DNA from: an uncultured Bacilli bacterium
Lineage (GTDB): Bacteria > Bacillota_I > Bacilli_A > RFN20 > DUOF01
Assembly: GCA_944363575.1 (NCBI GenBank)
Contig: CALVUJ010000021.1
Span: 18,226 to 82,225, forward strand
Direction: 5' to 3'
Length of the DNA: 64,000 bases
Part shown: positions 62,443 through 64,000 of the stretch, piece after piece
Numbering within the stretch: the stretch's first letter is position 1
How the letters are laid out: each line of letters starts with the position of its first letter
Notes under the pieces: model-generated
The model's database searches: none
Seen by the model: only the letters and a program-made list of their open reading frames with translations
Told to the model about the DNA's origin: nothing
Position numbers and translations under genes: made by a program

Positions 62443-62870
62443 CTCTATTTATTGAAAATAATATCACATTAATGATTATATCACAACTTTTTTTATAAAT
62501 CGCAAATGTACCTTTTATTCACAAATATCTATATTTTTATCCAGTTTTCTTTAAAATTACAACACTTTTAATTTTGATACAATTCCAAGTCCTGAGTTTG
62601 TAATCGTTATTTATTATCCAAATCGTTACGTTTGTTTTCAAAAAAATTCGAACGCAACCCCAAGCCCGTTTGCAAGAGTAAAAGTGGTAGAGATTTAGAC
62701 TCCCCCCACCATACGAATATGAGTTCATTGCGATTTTTACTTATTATTTGGTATTTGAAGATAAATCTTTATTGTAAACTCGTAGTACAAATTATTTTGG
62801 AGGTGTTAACTTGTGACTAGAGACGGAACAACATTTGGTGGTTATGTTATCAAAAGTAAATTATTATATT

Positions 62871-64000
62871 TTAATAGTTAAACCAAGGATTTAAACCTTG
62901 ATCAATATTCACTAATTCATTTTGATTTATATTTAAGTTTTGTGTATTTAAAGCTCCACTCATTATTATTTGTATTTCATTTTTAAGTGCAAAATTTTTG
63001 ACGCAATTTATAACCACATTAGTTGGCAATTTGTCATCAACAAATTCTTGTATAACTGCATCAATACATAGATACTCTGCAAATGGCATTCCTTTAAAAT
63101 TATTTTTTATAAATTTGGCCATAGTTAGATACGTTGATAGTTGCCATAATGTCATTCTTGCTTTGCTTCCTGGCATATATATTTTTTCTTTATTGTTACC
63201 TTCTTTATCCTTTTCTGTTATTACAGCATAGACAGATACCTTGGCAGGATTGAAAATAAGTTTAAAATTATCTTTAGAAAAATCATTTTTTACAAGTTGA
63301 ATTTCATTAAATAATTTATATGTATTGGTCAATAAATCATTAAATCTTTTTAATGTGTTTGCATCAACCATATTATTTAACATATTAATTTCTTTATTAT
63401 TAGCTTGTATTTTTTCAGACTTTTGTTCTATTTGTCTATCTATATTGTTTTCATTATAGTTTTGAAATGCATTGTCCAAAATGTTTACAATCTTAATTTT
63501 TTCGTCATATGTAAATTTGTCTAATCCCGTATTTATGATATTAATTTGTTTATCTATTTCTTCCTTTTTCGCTTTCAAGTTATGTAAACTGGTTTCATAA
63601 TCCTTTATATTCAACAATGATATATCTTTATCGTTATCTTGTATATCTTTTTTTAATATATTAATTATTTCTCTATTAGAATCATTTTTAGAAAGAATAG
63701 TATTTAACATTTCTAATAGTTTATTTGATTTTTTAATATTATCTGATTCATATTTAGCTTGTTTTTGTAAAAACATTTGGTATTTTATTTCTTCCGCCAG
63801 AATTTGAGAAGCTTTTACCAAATACAGCAAATCTTTATTTTTGACACTTTTGTTGTCTGACTGTAACGTTTTTTTGTATTGCAAAAATTTGTCTTTCATT
63901 TCTTGTATGCTATCAGTGCTTTCAAAAGACAGTTTTGACATGTTTTCTCGTATTATTTTTTCCGAAAAAGCAGATCCGTCATTAGTCAATCTTAATTCTT
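62871..64000 (-). CDS. C-terminal part of an SMC-like coiled-coil ATPase, possibly DUF3732/LmuB-like; 5' end lies beyond the window
   Basis: Frame stays open to the window edge; long coiled coil, then PGSKARMTLWQL and YLCIDAVIQEF (signature- and Walker B-like). Confidence 0.5.
   Translation of the reverse strand, partial: ELRLTNDGSAFSEKIIRENMSKLSFESTDSIQEMKDKFLQYKKTLQSDNKSVKNKDLLYLVKASQILAEEIKYQMFLQKQAKYESDNIKKSNKLLEMLNTILSKNDSNREIINILKKDIQDNDKDISLLNIKDYETSLHNLKAKKEEIDKQINIINTGLDKFTYDEKIKIVNILDNAFQNYNENNIDRQIEQKSEKIQANNKEINMLNNMVDANTLKRFNDLLTNTYKLFNEIQLVKNDFSKDNFKLIFNPAKVSVYAVITEKDKEGNNKEKIYMPGSKARMTLWQLSTYLTMAKFIKNNFKGMPFAEYLCIDAVIQEFVDDKLPTNVVINCVKNFALKNEIQIIMSGALNTQNLNINQNELVNIDQGLNPWFNY

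Larger units (their letters stand above)
60481..62516. repeat. Tandem duplication of about 1 kb (units ~60481-61480 and ~61517-62516)
   Basis: Paralogous ORFs plus shared upstream (AAAAACCACCTCTATTTAT...) and downstream (AACAAGTTTCGCCTTCAATC...) flanks; offset 1048 bp at the low-coordinate (gene 3') flanks. Confidence 0.93.

Noticed and set aside
62537-62820. ORFs 62537-62728 and 62632-62820 as real genes
   Set aside because: They are short, overlap on opposite strands and have no recognisable motif; the region is reported only as a GC-rich patch.

Overview
AT-rich bacterial chromosome segment, probably an anaerobic low-GC Firmicute (PFOR, Fhs, Alr, Ddl, MurF-like ligase), read with the standard bacterial code. 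Most of the window is housekeeping: partial dnaE, fhs, miaA, mutL/mutS, proS, lysS, nifJ, deoD, mgtE and four tRNAs. The main accessory feature is an 8,137-bp large-serine-recombinase (LSR) island at 35884-44020, inserted immediately after the ABC signature motif of a NitT/TauT-type ATPase gene (ELSGGMRQR|VAL). Joining the flanks restores a 250-aa ORF, and joining the island ends gives a 46-bp imperfect palindrome centred on GT (attP-like). The island carries three ungapped copies of a 57-bp att-arm-containing motif (35882, 37594, 39674). These divide it into cargo modules that decay more with distance from the recombinase, suggesting an LSR-driven cassette array or accreted composite element. 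A second accessory region at the right end has a ~1-kb tandem duplication of an unknown coiled-coil gene and a truncated SMC-like (possibly Lamassu LmuB/DUF3732-like) gene. Family assignments come from motifs recognised by eye; no database search was run.
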